This document shows positions 41,082 to 50,734 of a stretch of DNA of 64,000 bases, one piece after another. The position numbers and the translations under genes were made by a program. The stretch lies in contig JAZSQB010000027.1 in the NCBI GenBank assembly GCA_045537695.1, positions 11,288 through 75,287 on the forward strand. The letters are read 5' to 3'. The DNA comes from Clostridia bacterium (lineage in GTDB: Bacteria; Bacillota; Clostridia; UBA1381; UMGS1253). The first letter of the stretch is position 1. Each line of letters begins with the position of its first letter. The notes beneath the pieces are model-generated. The model saw only the letters and a program-made list of their open reading frames with translations. It did not search any database and was not told where the DNA came from.

Positions 41082-41111
41082 AAAAAGGAAGTTGATTTCG
41101 ACTTCCTTTTT
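41082..41111 (+). terminator. ppdK terminator
   Basis: aaaaaggaagttga-tt-tcgacttccttttt. Confidence 0.75.
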
Positions 41112-41148
41112 ACCCCCTACACACCACAAAGAAGGGACGAATAGTATA

Positions 41149-42216
41149 ATGATCGAACCATTTGTTTTAAAAGTAGACAAGCTTTGTGACGGCGAAGCTT
41201 TGCAGACAGAAATCAATCTGCAAAAAGACAGAAAGCACCTATCTTTTACTTGTGATTTAGATGCTTTGGGGGATGGCAAAATCATCCTCGGCCACGGCTA
41301 CAAAATTACATACGGCTCCTGGATTGAAATTACGGCAAAAACCCTGGCTGCCTATTCCTATTACAGCTTCAAAGACCCGGCAGAGCAGGTCATCTTCCCC
41401 GAAACGGCACACGGTCTTAACGTAAGCACGTTTTTAAAAGTATCGATTGATGTGGACGTCGAGCGCGGCGGTGTATTGATTACACTTGCAACACCATCCG
41501 GGATGTATCAGACCGAACGCATCTCCACCTGGTCAGGTTGTAACGGCACCATCTGCGCGCAAGTTGAAAACTGCACCCTGCAGGATGTGAAACTGAATTG
41601 GTATACAGACAACTACGCCAAAGAAATCTGGGTCATCGGGGCATCGTTTCTGAGCTTCGGCAGTCCGGAACGCTGGCCGTATTACTTATACAAAGACGGC
41701 TACACAAACCTGATGATTTGCGGACGTGGCGGTCTCGGTGGCGCCCGTGCCCTTGCCGAAATCAAGCAGGCCCTCACAAGAGGCACACCAAAAACCATCG
41801 TATGGCACATCGGCGGCAACGACGGCGATGGAAGATGGGCAGAAGTTTTAACCGAAGAACAACTCAAGCTGATGACGGATAATTTTACATTCTCCGGCGA
41901 AATTGGTGGAACAGAAGTAAATCAGCGCTGGCTCGACAGCACAACGGAGTTGATGGACATCTGCAAAGAAAAAGGCATCACCCTTGTATTGGTAACTACA
42001 CCGTCTAATCCGCTTACAAACCACGAACCGAAAAACAACTGGATCCGCAATTCAGGCTACAGATACATCGACATCGCCAAATCGGTCGGCGCAGACAAGG
42101 ATTTGCACTGGTATGACGGTATGTTATTTACCGACAATGTGCACCCGACGGAAAAAGGCGCAATCGCCATGTATATGCAGGTGCTTACGGATTTCCCGGA
42201 AATCATGAGCCGATAA
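41149..42216 (+). CDS. SGNH/GDSL hydrolase family protein with an N-terminal beta-rich domain
   Basis: VIGASF (block I variant), GRGG, IGGND, DNVHPT (DxxH). Confidence 0.7.
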   Translation: MIEPFVLKVDKLCDGEALQTEINLQKDRKHLSFTCDLDALGDGKIILGHGYKITYGSWIEITAKTLAAYSYYSFKDPAEQVIFPETAHGLNVSTFLKVSIDVDVERGGVLITLATPSGMYQTERISTWSGCNGTICAQVENCTLQDVKLNWYTDNYAKEIWVIGASFLSFGSPERWPYYLYKDGYTNLMICGRGGLGGARALAEIKQALTRGTPKTIVWHIGGNDGDGRWAEVLTEEQLKLMTDNFTFSGEIGGTEVNQRWLDSTTELMDICKEKGITLVLVTTPSNPLTNHEPKNNWIRNSGYRYIDIAKSVGADKDLHWYDGMLFTDNVHPTEKGAIAMYMQVLTDFPEIMSR

Positions 42217-42224
42217 CAAATATT

Positions 42225-42259
42225 AAGACCTTGCAGGAAAATCCTGCAAGGTCTTTTTT
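42225..42259 (+). terminator. Intrinsic terminator
   Basis: aagaccttgcagga-aaa-tcctgcaaggtctttttt. Confidence 0.8.
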
Positions 42260-42271
42260 CGTGGGATTTGC

Positions 42272-42342
42272 GGCAGGAGCAAGCCCCTGCCCTACAAGCT
42301 TAATTTAAATTATGTGTGTAGGGCAAGGCGATTCGGCGCGCC
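42272..42342. repeat. REPIN-like GTAG REP pair
   Basis: ggcaggagcaagcccctgccctacaagc is 27/28 identical to 26936-26963; followed by a degenerate gtagggc... arm. Confidence 0.8.
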
Positions 42343-42469
42343 GTTTATTGTATCGCCACACAAAAAAGCGTGCAGTTTAAACAACTACACGCTTTTATTC
42401 TTCTATAATATTCGTTCGGTAATTTGTATTGCCCCAAACATTCTGGATGTTCCCTTTAAGCCTCTAGGC

Positions 42470-42649
42470 TTATTTCTTTTCCTTTGTGGAAACATTCAAA
42501 AGATAAATGCAAAGAATAATCACACAGGTCACAATTAAAATACCTGCCATACCTTTACCCATATACTGCAAAGAATCTACAAATGCATCAGTTTTAAAAG
42601 TGTTCACTGCCCATGCACCTAAACCTTCTACCCATTTTAAAAATCCCAT
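42470..42649 (-). CDS. OadG-related small membrane subunit (59 aa), not in the ORF track
   Basis: MGFLKWVEGLGAWAVNTFKTDAFVDSLQYMGKGMAGILIVTCVIILCIYLLNVSTKEKK*; AGGAGG RBS; 25 nt downstream of oadB. Confidence 0.75.
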   Translation of the reverse strand: MGFLKWVEGLGAWAVNTFKTDAFVDSLQYMGKGMAGILIVTCVIILCIYLLNVSTKEKK

Positions 42650-42674
42650 AATTACTACCTCCTGAAGTTCACAC

Positions 42675-43772
42675 TTAACCTAACAGGCTTAAGATTAAGC
42701 CGCCTGCAATAACGGATGCAATCTGACCGGATACATTTACACCGATGGTATGCATCAAAAGGAAGTTGGAGCTATCTTCCGCCAGACCCATCTTATGCAC
42801 AACACGCGCCGACATCGGGAAGGCGGAAATACCTGCCGCACCTATCATCGGATTGAGCTTCTTGCCCGGCTTTAAGAACAGGTTAAACAGCTTTGCAATC
42901 ATCACACCGCCGAAGGTATCGAAGATAAATGCCACCAGACCGAGACCCATAATAAGAAGTGTGCTCGGGGTTAAAAATGCATCCGCCTGCATCTTAAATG
43001 CAATGGTGATACCCAAAAACAGCGTAATCAAATTCGCAAGCACCTTCTGCGCGGTTTCAGACAGATTGTCTAAAACGCCGCATTCGCGAATCAGGTTACC
43101 GAACATCAAAAAGCCAATCAGCGCCACACTCATCGGTGCAACCAGACCGGTGATAATCGTAATCACAATCGGGAAGAGGATTCTTGTCAGCTTGGAAACC
43201 TCCATCGGCTTGTATTCCATCTTAATCTTTCGTTCCTGCTTAGTGGTAATCATTTTAATTACCGGCGGCTGGATAATCGGCACAAGTGCCATATAAAAAT
43301 AAGCCGCCACCATAATTGCACCTAAATATTTCGAGTTTAATACATTTGCCACGAAAATCGAGGTCGGACCGTCTGCCGCACCGATAATTGCAATGGATGC
43401 CGCGTCGTTTAAGTCAAAGCCAACCAGTCTCGCCAAACTCAGCGTAAAGAAAATACCGAACTGTGCTGCCGCACCGAAAATCATCAGCTTCGGATTGGAC
43501 AGAAGCGGACCAAAGTCAATCATTGCGCCAATGCCGACAAACAAAAGGAGCGGAAACAGCTCGTTTGCAATACCAGCGTTAAATAAAACCTCAATCGTTT
43601 CAATGGCACCGGAGAACGGCAGGTTCACCAAAATCGAGCCAAAACCCATCGGCAAAAGCAAGGTCGGTTCCATGTCCTTTTTGATGGCAAGATAAATTAA
43701 AATTCCGCCGATAATCCACATAACCACCTGTTGCCATTGAATGGCTAAAATGTTTTCATACAATACTTCCAT
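42675..43772 (-). CDS. oadB: Na+-translocating decarboxylase beta subunit
   Basis: EPTLLLPMGFG, GAAAQFGIF, IIGAADGPT, IGAAGISAFPMSAR, NVSGQIAS. Confidence 0.93.
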   Translation of the reverse strand: MEVLYENILAIQWQQVVMWIIGGILIYLAIKKDMEPTLLLPMGFGSILVNLPFSGAIETIEVLFNAGIANELFPLLLFVGIGAMIDFGPLLSNPKLMIFGAAAQFGIFFTLSLARLVGFDLNDAASIAIIGAADGPTSIFVANVLNSKYLGAIMVAAYFYMALVPIIQPPVIKMITTKQERKIKMEYKPMEVSKLTRILFPIVITIITGLVAPMSVALIGFLMFGNLIRECGVLDNLSETAQKVLANLITLFLGITIAFKMQADAFLTPSTLLIMGLGLVAFIFDTFGGVMIAKLFNLFLKPGKKLNPMIGAAGISAFPMSARVVHKMGLAEDSSNFLLMHTIGVNVSGQIASVIAGGLILSLLG

Positions 43773-44065
43773 TTTTGTTGTCCTTTCTTTTTTAAGTATT
43801 TTTCAGGGGGAAGCCCTAAAAACACGGTATAATTATACCATACAACCTTTCAAATCACAAGAAAAACTTGTAAAAATAATGTTAAAATTTTACCTGTTTT
43901 TGTCGAAATACTTGTACACAATTTTCGAAATGTCCGCAATCATCGCGTGTGCATTTTCTTCCCAAAACGCCGTAACGCAAAAGAAGACCACCATAAAAAT
44001 ATGCACCCCACACAGGTGGGATGCATAGCCTAATTTTATTTGTTATTTACACTGACAGCTTATCT

Positions 44066-45721
44066 TCATTCCTTCTGAGAGCCTGTTGGATTGACTATAC
44101 TATACCCCACATTCACCAGATGGTCCGCAACTCTTTCGAGGCGCGTAACTGCAGAAGCATAGTACGGGCTGACGTCCATAGAGCACTGCCCATCTGCGAG
44201 GCGCGCGAAGTGGCGCGCGGTAAGGTCTTTTTTCATACGGTCCGCTTCGTTTTCGAGAACCGTCAGTTCGCCAAGCCGGCTTCTGTTTAAATTCGTAAAG
44301 GCATCCTTGGCGATTTCCATCATCTTAAAAATGCAGGTGTGCATCTGCACAAGCTCGGCTTGCGCTGTCTGGGAAAACACGATGGATTTATTCTGCATTT
44401 CTTCGCCGATGTCGCAAAAGTTCTCTGCGTGGTCGCCGACACGCTCGAGGTCGTTTAATACATGGAAGTATGCACCGATTTTGCGCTCATCGCTTTGCTG
44501 CACGTGGGAAGAAAGTGAGATAAGGAACTTCGTCAGCGCGCTGTTTGTAAAGTCGATAATCGCTTCATTTTCCGCAATTTTTTCTTTGTGCGCCAGGTTA
44601 CCGGTTTCCATCGTCTCCATAGAAAGCATAATGTTTTCTTCCACGAGGTCAAACAGATAGACCATTTCTTTTTTCACCTGCATCAAGGCAATCGGCGGTG
44701 TGGACAACAAACGATTGTCCACGTACTTGAGCGCACGCGTTTCGCCTGCCTGCTTTTCCGGAATGACCGCGCAGGCGTAGTCCACAAGCTGCTTTACAAA
44801 CGGCAGAAGCATAACCGTTGTTGTCACGTTAAAGATAACGTGGAACGCGGACAGACGCATCTGCAAGGACATCTGATCGTCCGCCGGAAACATGGAGGTC
44901 AGAACGGAAATGACAAAATCTTTAAAAATCCAGATGAGGACGGTAAATAAAACCGTACCAATCATATTAAAGGTAAAATGCACGAGCGCCACGCGCTTTG
45001 CGTTTGCGTGCGCACCGACACTCGCCAGAAGCGCCGTCACACAGGTACCAATGTTCGCACCAAGCACAATAAACAAGGCTAAATCCAGCGGCAATACACC
45101 TGCGCCGACCATTGTGATGACAACACCCGTTGCCGCAGAAGAGCTTTGAATCAGTGCCGTGAAAACCACGCCGACCAAAATCAGCAGAAGCGGAAAATCA
45201 ATTACGCGGAAGATGTTTACAAACATTTCTTCCACCAGGGGATTGCCGAACGCCTGCTCGCTGCTCATAATCTCCAGACCGACAAAAATCAGACCGAGAC
45301 CGCTGCAGAGGCTGCCCGCAATCTTCATTTTTTCCTTGCTGCTAAAGCCCATCATCACACCGGCAAATGCCAAAAGGTACATTGCCATATTAAAGTAGTC
45401 GTTTTTCAGCGCCACAAGGACACCCGTAATCGTCGTACCGATGTTGGCACCCATAATAATCGACACCGCCTGCATCAGCGTCATAACACCGGCGTTTACC
45501 AAGCCGATGGCCATGACCGAGGTCGCCGAAGAGCTTTGGATAATCGCGGTCACGCCCGCACCGACGCCCACGCCGGTAAAGCGGTTGTTGCTGATTTTTC
45601 CGAGCAGCTTTTTCATACCGTTGCCGGCGCTTTTTTCCAAAGCATCGCCCATAAAGTTCATGCCGACAATGAATACACCAACGCCTGCCAAAAGCCAAAT
45701 CAAATTCTGTAAAATCTGCAT
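44066..45721 (-). CDS. Na/Pi cotransporter with C-terminal PhoU domain
   Basis: Two QSSS...GANIGT repeats; DLERVGDHAEN and LERVADH. Confidence 0.93.
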   Translation of the reverse strand: MQILQNLIWLLAGVGVFIVGMNFMGDALEKSAGNGMKKLLGKISNNRFTGVGVGAGVTAIIQSSSATSVMAIGLVNAGVMTLMQAVSIIMGANIGTTITGVLVALKNDYFNMAMYLLAFAGVMMGFSSKEKMKIAGSLCSGLGLIFVGLEIMSSEQAFGNPLVEEMFVNIFRVIDFPLLLILVGVVFTALIQSSSAATGVVITMVGAGVLPLDLALFIVLGANIGTCVTALLASVGAHANAKRVALVHFTFNMIGTVLFTVLIWIFKDFVISVLTSMFPADDQMSLQMRLSAFHVIFNVTTTVMLLPFVKQLVDYACAVIPEKQAGETRALKYVDNRLLSTPPIALMQVKKEMVYLFDLVEENIMLSMETMETGNLAHKEKIAENEAIIDFTNSALTKFLISLSSHVQQSDERKIGAYFHVLNDLERVGDHAENFCDIGEEMQNKSIVFSQTAQAELVQMHTCIFKMMEIAKDAFTNLNRSRLGELTVLENEADRMKKDLTARHFARLADGQCSMDVSPYYASAVTRLERVADHLVNVGYSIVNPTGSQKE

Positions 45722-45809
45722 ACGTTTTTTCTCCTTCCGTTTTCCCCTATCCTAGTTTTCACTGCTACAGTTTATCAAAAAGATAGCCGAAAGTAAACAG
45801 TCCATCCCA

Positions 45810-46907
45810 TTACTTCTTCTCTTTTTTCAGCAAGAGCCGAAGCTGTGCCGCCCCGGTTTTCGCAAAGCTGCGCAGCACCTTCTGCATCATCGTCCGCGTC
45901 GGCGCATCCAACGATTTCACCTTTTCCCGTATCGGCGAAAAGTCCTTGCGCAGCGCCTTTAAAAGCTCCGGATATGTGGTGGCATTGGTCGACTGCAAAA
46001 TCTCAAACAGGGTGTCGACAAATGCTTTGCGCGTCTCCGGCAAAAGAGATTCCATCCACGCGGTCAGCGTTTTATTCGTTAGCGAAGAGAACAAATCCAC
46101 TTTCTTTAAACGCACAAAATCTGCACCTTGTATCTCCCATGTAAACGGATTGTGCTGCAGCAGCGGTAAGGACTTGCTTGCCACCACCGTGTGCGGCCCG
46201 TAATTTGCCAGAAGCATACCGACAATGGAGCTGTGCGGGACGGTTTTATAAATGCGCTCCTGTATACTCTTATACGCTTCGCTTGCAAATACCGCCGGCA
46301 AAAATCCCGGTCCGTCGTGGTTATAAATAGCTTGTATGCGCTTTTTTATGCCATATGGCGCGTGCATTGCCGCATACACCGCCAAATGTCCGCCCTTGGA
46401 ATGTCCGCCCAAAATCAAACTGCCGCGCAAATAGCGCGCCGTGCGCTTTAAATAGGTTGCCGCCATTGCCTGTGAAGGAATGTTTTCCGAATACGCTAAA
46501 TTAAAATCTTCCTTCCACCCCACGAGGGTTGTATCCGTCCCTCGAAAGGCAATATAGTGCAATCGTGTCGTCAAACGCAGGGTCACCGCCGCAAACTGCA
46601 GCTCACTTTTTGTATCCGTCACGGATTTATAGCAAGCCAAAGGAAGCTCGCCAAAGCGCACGCTGTCCTTCACCGCTTCGAGCAAAAGCGTATTGTCGCG
46701 CGGCAGGGTTGTATTTAGCGTAATGCTTTCATCCGAAAGCTGCGCAATATCCCGCACGGTGACATCAAACTTATGCCGCGCGGAAACGTAACCATCGAAT
46801 ACAAAATAAGCAAGCTGCGCCAAAACAAGGCTGTCCACCTCGCAAAACGGCATCTGCGTAAAGCTACGGTCTCCATATTCTTTTATATACGTAAGCATAT
46901 TGCCCAT
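45810..46907 (-). CDS. DUF2974/Mbeg1-like alpha/beta hydrolase
   Basis: AFRGTD.TLVGWKEDF, GGHSKGG, DGPGF. Confidence 0.88.
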   Translation of the reverse strand: MGNMLTYIKEYGDRSFTQMPFCEVDSLVLAQLAYFVFDGYVSARHKFDVTVRDIAQLSDESITLNTTLPRDNTLLLEAVKDSVRFGELPLACYKSVTDTKSELQFAAVTLRLTTRLHYIAFRGTDTTLVGWKEDFNLAYSENIPSQAMAATYLKRTARYLRGSLILGGHSKGGHLAVYAAMHAPYGIKKRIQAIYNHDGPGFLPAVFASEAYKSIQERIYKTVPHSSIVGMLLANYGPHTVVASKSLPLLQHNPFTWEIQGADFVRLKKVDLFSSLTNKTLTAWMESLLPETRKAFVDTLFEILQSTNATTYPELLKALRKDFSPIREKVKSLDAPTRTMMQKVLRSFAKTGAAQLRLLLKKEKK

Positions 46908-46968
46908 AAGACAATTTCCTTTCCGCCTGTATTATATCATATTTTTCCCGTTTTGCAAGTTTTTAGAT

Positions 46969-46998
46969 GTATAAATTTTAAAAATTGGATGCAAACTT
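46969..46998 (+). promoter_or_regulatory. Candidate forespore sigmaG promoter of the ger operon
   Basis: GTATA-18 nt-CAAACTT just upstream of the GGAGG RBS. Confidence 0.45.
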
Positions 46999-47017
46999 TT
47001 AAGCGGAGGCGATGCAA

Positions 47018-48076
47018 ATGAAAAACATCAAAAACGCTGTCGGTTTATTCGCCGTCTGCTGCATCAGTATACTCGGCATCGGTCTGTTCAGCTTGCCGAC
47101 GGCAGGCGCACATTTCGGTTCGACATTTTACTGGGGCTATTTGCTCGCCGGCGGACTGCTTGTGTTGTGCGGTGTACTGCTTTGCACAGCGAAGCGAACG
47201 GCTGTCGGCTATGCGGCATTTCAAAAATCCCATCCGAAAGGTGCCCGCTTTCTCTCTATACTCTACATCTTATTTTATACCGCCATTGCCGCTTTTATAT
47301 TCGCTTATTATACACATACGGTACAAGGTTGGTTTTTAAACAGCGTGCAGCGGTTTTTCCTCGCGCTGTTTTTGGTCGCCGTTTGTCTCACGATTGCCGC
47401 AAAACCACAAAAAACGCTTTTGCGGCTGCTTGGGTTTCTCGCCTGGTTTGTGCTCTTTGCCGTCAGCGCGATGCGCCTTGTCATGCTTTTGCAGGGCGAT
47501 GTTCGCCATCTGCAACCCTTTTTCGAAGCGGAAACGACAACCAGTCTGCCAAGCGGCACCCTCTTTATTGCCGCTTTTTTTGTATTGCTCGGCTTTCTTC
47601 CCTGCACCACCGAAAATCGGCGCATTAAGCGCATCGCTGCCGGCAGTGCGGTTTTGGTCTGCACCGCGCTGTTTATCTGCGCCACCGCCGGCTGCATCAG
47701 CCTGCTCGGTCCCTGGCAGACCGCACAATACTTAAACAGCACTGTCCTTGCGATGAAATCTCTGCAGCCGGCGCAGACGGATTTGCTCCAGCGTGCTGAC
47801 CTTGTTTTTATCCTCACCTGGTCTGTACTGCTTTTGTGTGCCGGCGCCCTCTGCGCGCACATACCGCTACACCACCTTTTCAAAGCCTATCCCAAGCTGA
47901 AAAGTGGTTGGCTATGCGCTGCATTCGGCGTTGTGTATACAATCACTGCCCTATGTGTTCCCAGTGAAGAAAACGCCCTACTGTGCCTGATTTACACCGC
48001 GATGCCCGGCGGCATCCTGTTCTTTTTTCTTTTACCTCTGCTGTTGCAATTCTACGCAAGGAGACACCGCCCATGA
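47018..48076 (+). CDS. Spore germination receptor B subunit (GerAB-like APC membrane protein)
   Basis: GIGLFSLP, about 10 TM, LQRADLVFI..W; adjacent to the C and A subunits. Confidence 0.78.
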   Translation: MKNIKNAVGLFAVCCISILGIGLFSLPTAGAHFGSTFYWGYLLAGGLLVLCGVLLCTAKRTAVGYAAFQKSHPKGARFLSILYILFYTAIAAFIFAYYTHTVQGWFLNSVQRFFLALFLVAVCLTIAAKPQKTLLRLLGFLAWFVLFAVSAMRLVMLLQGDVRHLQPFFEAETTTSLPSGTLFIAAFFVLLGFLPCTTENRRIKRIAAGSAVLVCTALFICATAGCISLLGPWQTAQYLNSTVLAMKSLQPAQTDLLQRADLVFILTWSVLLLCAGALCAHIPLHHLFKAYPKLKSGWLCAAFGVVYTITALCVPSEENALLCLIYTAMPGGILFFFLLPLLLQFYARRHRP

Positions 48077-49101
48077 AAAAATACATTTTATTTTTGATGC
48101 CGCTATTGCTCCTTTGCGGCTGCTACCCCTATACGGAAATTGAAAACACCGATATTTTAACCTCACTCTATGCAGATGCCGCAAACGGCGCATTTCACTT
48201 AGGGGGCGGCGTTGCCAATGTGCGCAATTTTTCCGATGCGATGGCAGAAGACCCCGTCAGTCTTTTGTATACGACCGGCGAAAATTTGGAAAACGCCGTA
48301 GAAAATCTGCACCGCAGTGCGGACCACGAGCTATTTTACGGTGCACTGCGCGCCGTACTCATCGGTGACAGTCTCGGCAAAAAGGACATCTATCCGTTAG
48401 TCCGCTATCTGGATGCGCAGCCGCGCCTGCGCCGCGCCACCGCCGTATTTACCACCGACGGGGACATCGAGGAAATCGTCACCTACAAAGCCATCAACGA
48501 CTTTTCCGGCGGCTTTGCCGCGGACAGCATTGTATCGACGCTTTATCAGCGCGGCGAGATGCGCGCCGCCAGCATCGGCGACATTCTCTATGCACGCAGC
48601 TTAGGCGATGCCGGATACTGCATCCCGCACATTACGCTTCGGGAGGACACGATGCAAATTGACGGCTATACCCTCTTTCGCGGGTCTCAAGCCGTTGGTT
48701 TTACCGAAAGCAAAGCCATCCCCTTTTTCACCGTCAAAAATGCAGCGCAGCAGCATATCGTTGACGGTCAGCCGCTCACAACCAAGCTAAACAAAAAGCG
48801 CATTTTGCCCAAAATACAGGATAATAAACTGCACATCGACGTTGCCTTTACCTTTGCACTCGCGCAGGGGCAAGGCGCGGACACCTTAAAGCCGGCGCGC
48901 CACAAGGATGCGCGACAAAGGCTGAAATCCAAGCTTAAAACCGAGGTGGAAGACGCGCTCGCTCTTGTGCGCGAGACGCAGTGCGATTTTTTGGAAATCT
49001 ACAAAAGTCAAATGGCGCAAAGCCGCGCGGATTTTGATATGAAGACCTGGAACAAGCTTTTGAAAACTATGACTTACAGCGTCAGCATCACGCTAAAGTG
49101 A
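48073..49101 (+). CDS. Spore germination receptor C subunit (lipoprotein)
   Basis: Lipobox LCGC then YTEIEN; C-terminal CDFLEI; overlaps the B-subunit stop. Confidence 0.78.
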   Translation: MKKYILFLMPLLLLCGCYPYTEIENTDILTSLYADAANGAFHLGGGVANVRNFSDAMAEDPVSLLYTTGENLENAVENLHRSADHELFYGALRAVLIGDSLGKKDIYPLVRYLDAQPRLRRATAVFTTDGDIEEIVTYKAINDFSGGFAADSIVSTLYQRGEMRAASIGDILYARSLGDAGYCIPHITLREDTMQIDGYTLFRGSQAVGFTESKAIPFFTVKNAAQQHIVDGQPLTTKLNKKRILPKIQDNKLHIDVAFTFALAQGQGADTLKPARHKDARQRLKSKLKTEVEDALALVRETQCDFLEIYKSQMAQSRADFDMKTWNKLLKTMTYSVSITLK

Positions 49102-49111
49102 GGGAAGAAAA

Positions 49112-50566
49112 ATGAACATCGATCCAAAAAGCATCTGCGACAAATACACCACGGAAAATAACGCGATTTCGCGCGTGCTCGATGCCGGATACGGCAGGAT
49201 TTATCTTTTATACATCAAGCAGCTCAGCGATATGGAAGCGCTCCGCCAGGACATTATGCGCCCGATTCTGCAATACTGGCATTACTTAAAAAAGCCGCTG
49301 ACCGCGGACGATTTGTATACGCAGGTGCTCTGCGTGGAGGAATGCAGCTTCTTAGATAAGGAAACGTCGATTGAAACACACTTATTCAACGGAATGACGC
49401 TTTTATTTACAGAAGACGGCGCCTGCATCGTCATCAACCTGCGCAAAAACGCAAGCTCGTCTCCCTCTGCACCGGAGCTGAATTACTCCGTCTGGGGTGC
49501 GAAGGATTCCTTTGTCGAAAACATTGAAATCAATTTATCCCTCCTGCGCTACCGTATGAAGGACCCGCGCCTGCGCACGGAGCTTCTCTACATCGGCAAG
49601 CGTACGAAAACCGCCGTGGTCGTCACCTACATTGCCGACATCGCCAACAACGAATATATCGAGCTTGTCAAGAAGCGCTTAAATGCCATCGATATTGACG
49701 GCATTTTGGAATCGGCGCATCTGCAATGGTTTTTAAAGGACAAGGCGTTTTCTCTGTTTCCGCAGGCAGGGCTGGAGCAGCGCGTCGACAACACGTGCGC
49801 CGCTATGCTGGAGGGCAAGGTCGCCATTTTATGCGAAGGCAGCCCTCTCGCTATCCTCACCCCCAAAGTGCTCACGGAGTTTTTCCGTGCCGACGAGGAC
49901 GAGAGCGAAAATGTATATTTCGCCGTATTTTCCAAGGTTTTGCGCTATATCTGCGTGCTCATTTCCATTACCGTCACGCCGCTCTATATCGCTTTAGTCG
50001 CCTTCCACGCCGAAGCACTCCCCACCGCGTATACGATGATTCTCGCCGCCGGCAGGGCTGGCGTGCCGATGACGGTGGTCACCGAAATCATTTTAATGGA
50101 AGTTTTGGTGGAAATTCTGCGCGAATGCCTGATGCGCATTCCAAAAAACATCGGCTCTGCCATCGGTATAGTCGGCGGTATCGTTGTCGGGCAGGCAACA
50201 GTGGAGGCCGGCATCGTCAGCCCGTTGGTGCTTGTCATCGTGGCACTTTCGCTGATGACCTCCTTCGTCGTGCCGGATTACAGCTTAAACGGCACCGTGC
50301 GCATCGTGAAATTTATGCTGATATTTTTTACCGCTTTTTTCGGTCTGCTCGGTTTGGTCGCAGGTCTTATACTGCTGCTCACCGCCGCCATCGGTGACAC
50401 AACACTGCACACGCCGTACTTCGCACCGTATGCGCCGTTTTCGTTGCGTGACAGCCTGAAAAGCTTTTTTACGAACAAATATGTATCGGTACGCCGCCCG
50501 CACTTTTTGCGCACGAAAAATAAAATCCGGCAAAAGGTGGATGGGCGCAAGGATAAAACACCTTAA
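49112..50566 (+). CDS. Spore germination receptor A subunit (GerAA family)
   Basis: GAKDSFVE..NLSLLRYR, AMLEGKVAI, ILRECLMRIP..IGSAIGIVGGIVVGQA. Confidence 0.93.
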   Translation: MNIDPKSICDKYTTENNAISRVLDAGYGRIYLLYIKQLSDMEALRQDIMRPILQYWHYLKKPLTADDLYTQVLCVEECSFLDKETSIETHLFNGMTLLFTEDGACIVINLRKNASSSPSAPELNYSVWGAKDSFVENIEINLSLLRYRMKDPRLRTELLYIGKRTKTAVVVTYIADIANNEYIELVKKRLNAIDIDGILESAHLQWFLKDKAFSLFPQAGLEQRVDNTCAAMLEGKVAILCEGSPLAILTPKVLTEFFRADEDESENVYFAVFSKVLRYICVLISITVTPLYIALVAFHAEALPTAYTMILAAGRAGVPMTVVTEIILMEVLVEILRECLMRIPKNIGSAIGIVGGIVVGQATVEAGIVSPLVLVIVALSLMTSFVVPDYSLNGTVRIVKFMLIFFTAFFGLLGLVAGLILLLTAAIGDTTLHTPYFAPYAPFSLRDSLKSFFTNKYVSVRRPHFLRTKNKIRQKVDGRKDKTP

Positions 50567-50734
50567 AAAGCAATGTTTTGGTAAATTGCTGTATAAAGAA
50601 CGGCCAAAATTTGCCAAGGAATCGGCGCAACAGACATTCTTTTTTTCTGCATAATTAAACTATGCTTCGTCTTGCTTTTTGTCTTTAACTGCGGTATAAT
50701 GCTTATATCCGTAGAACAACGAGGGGGTTTTTTA

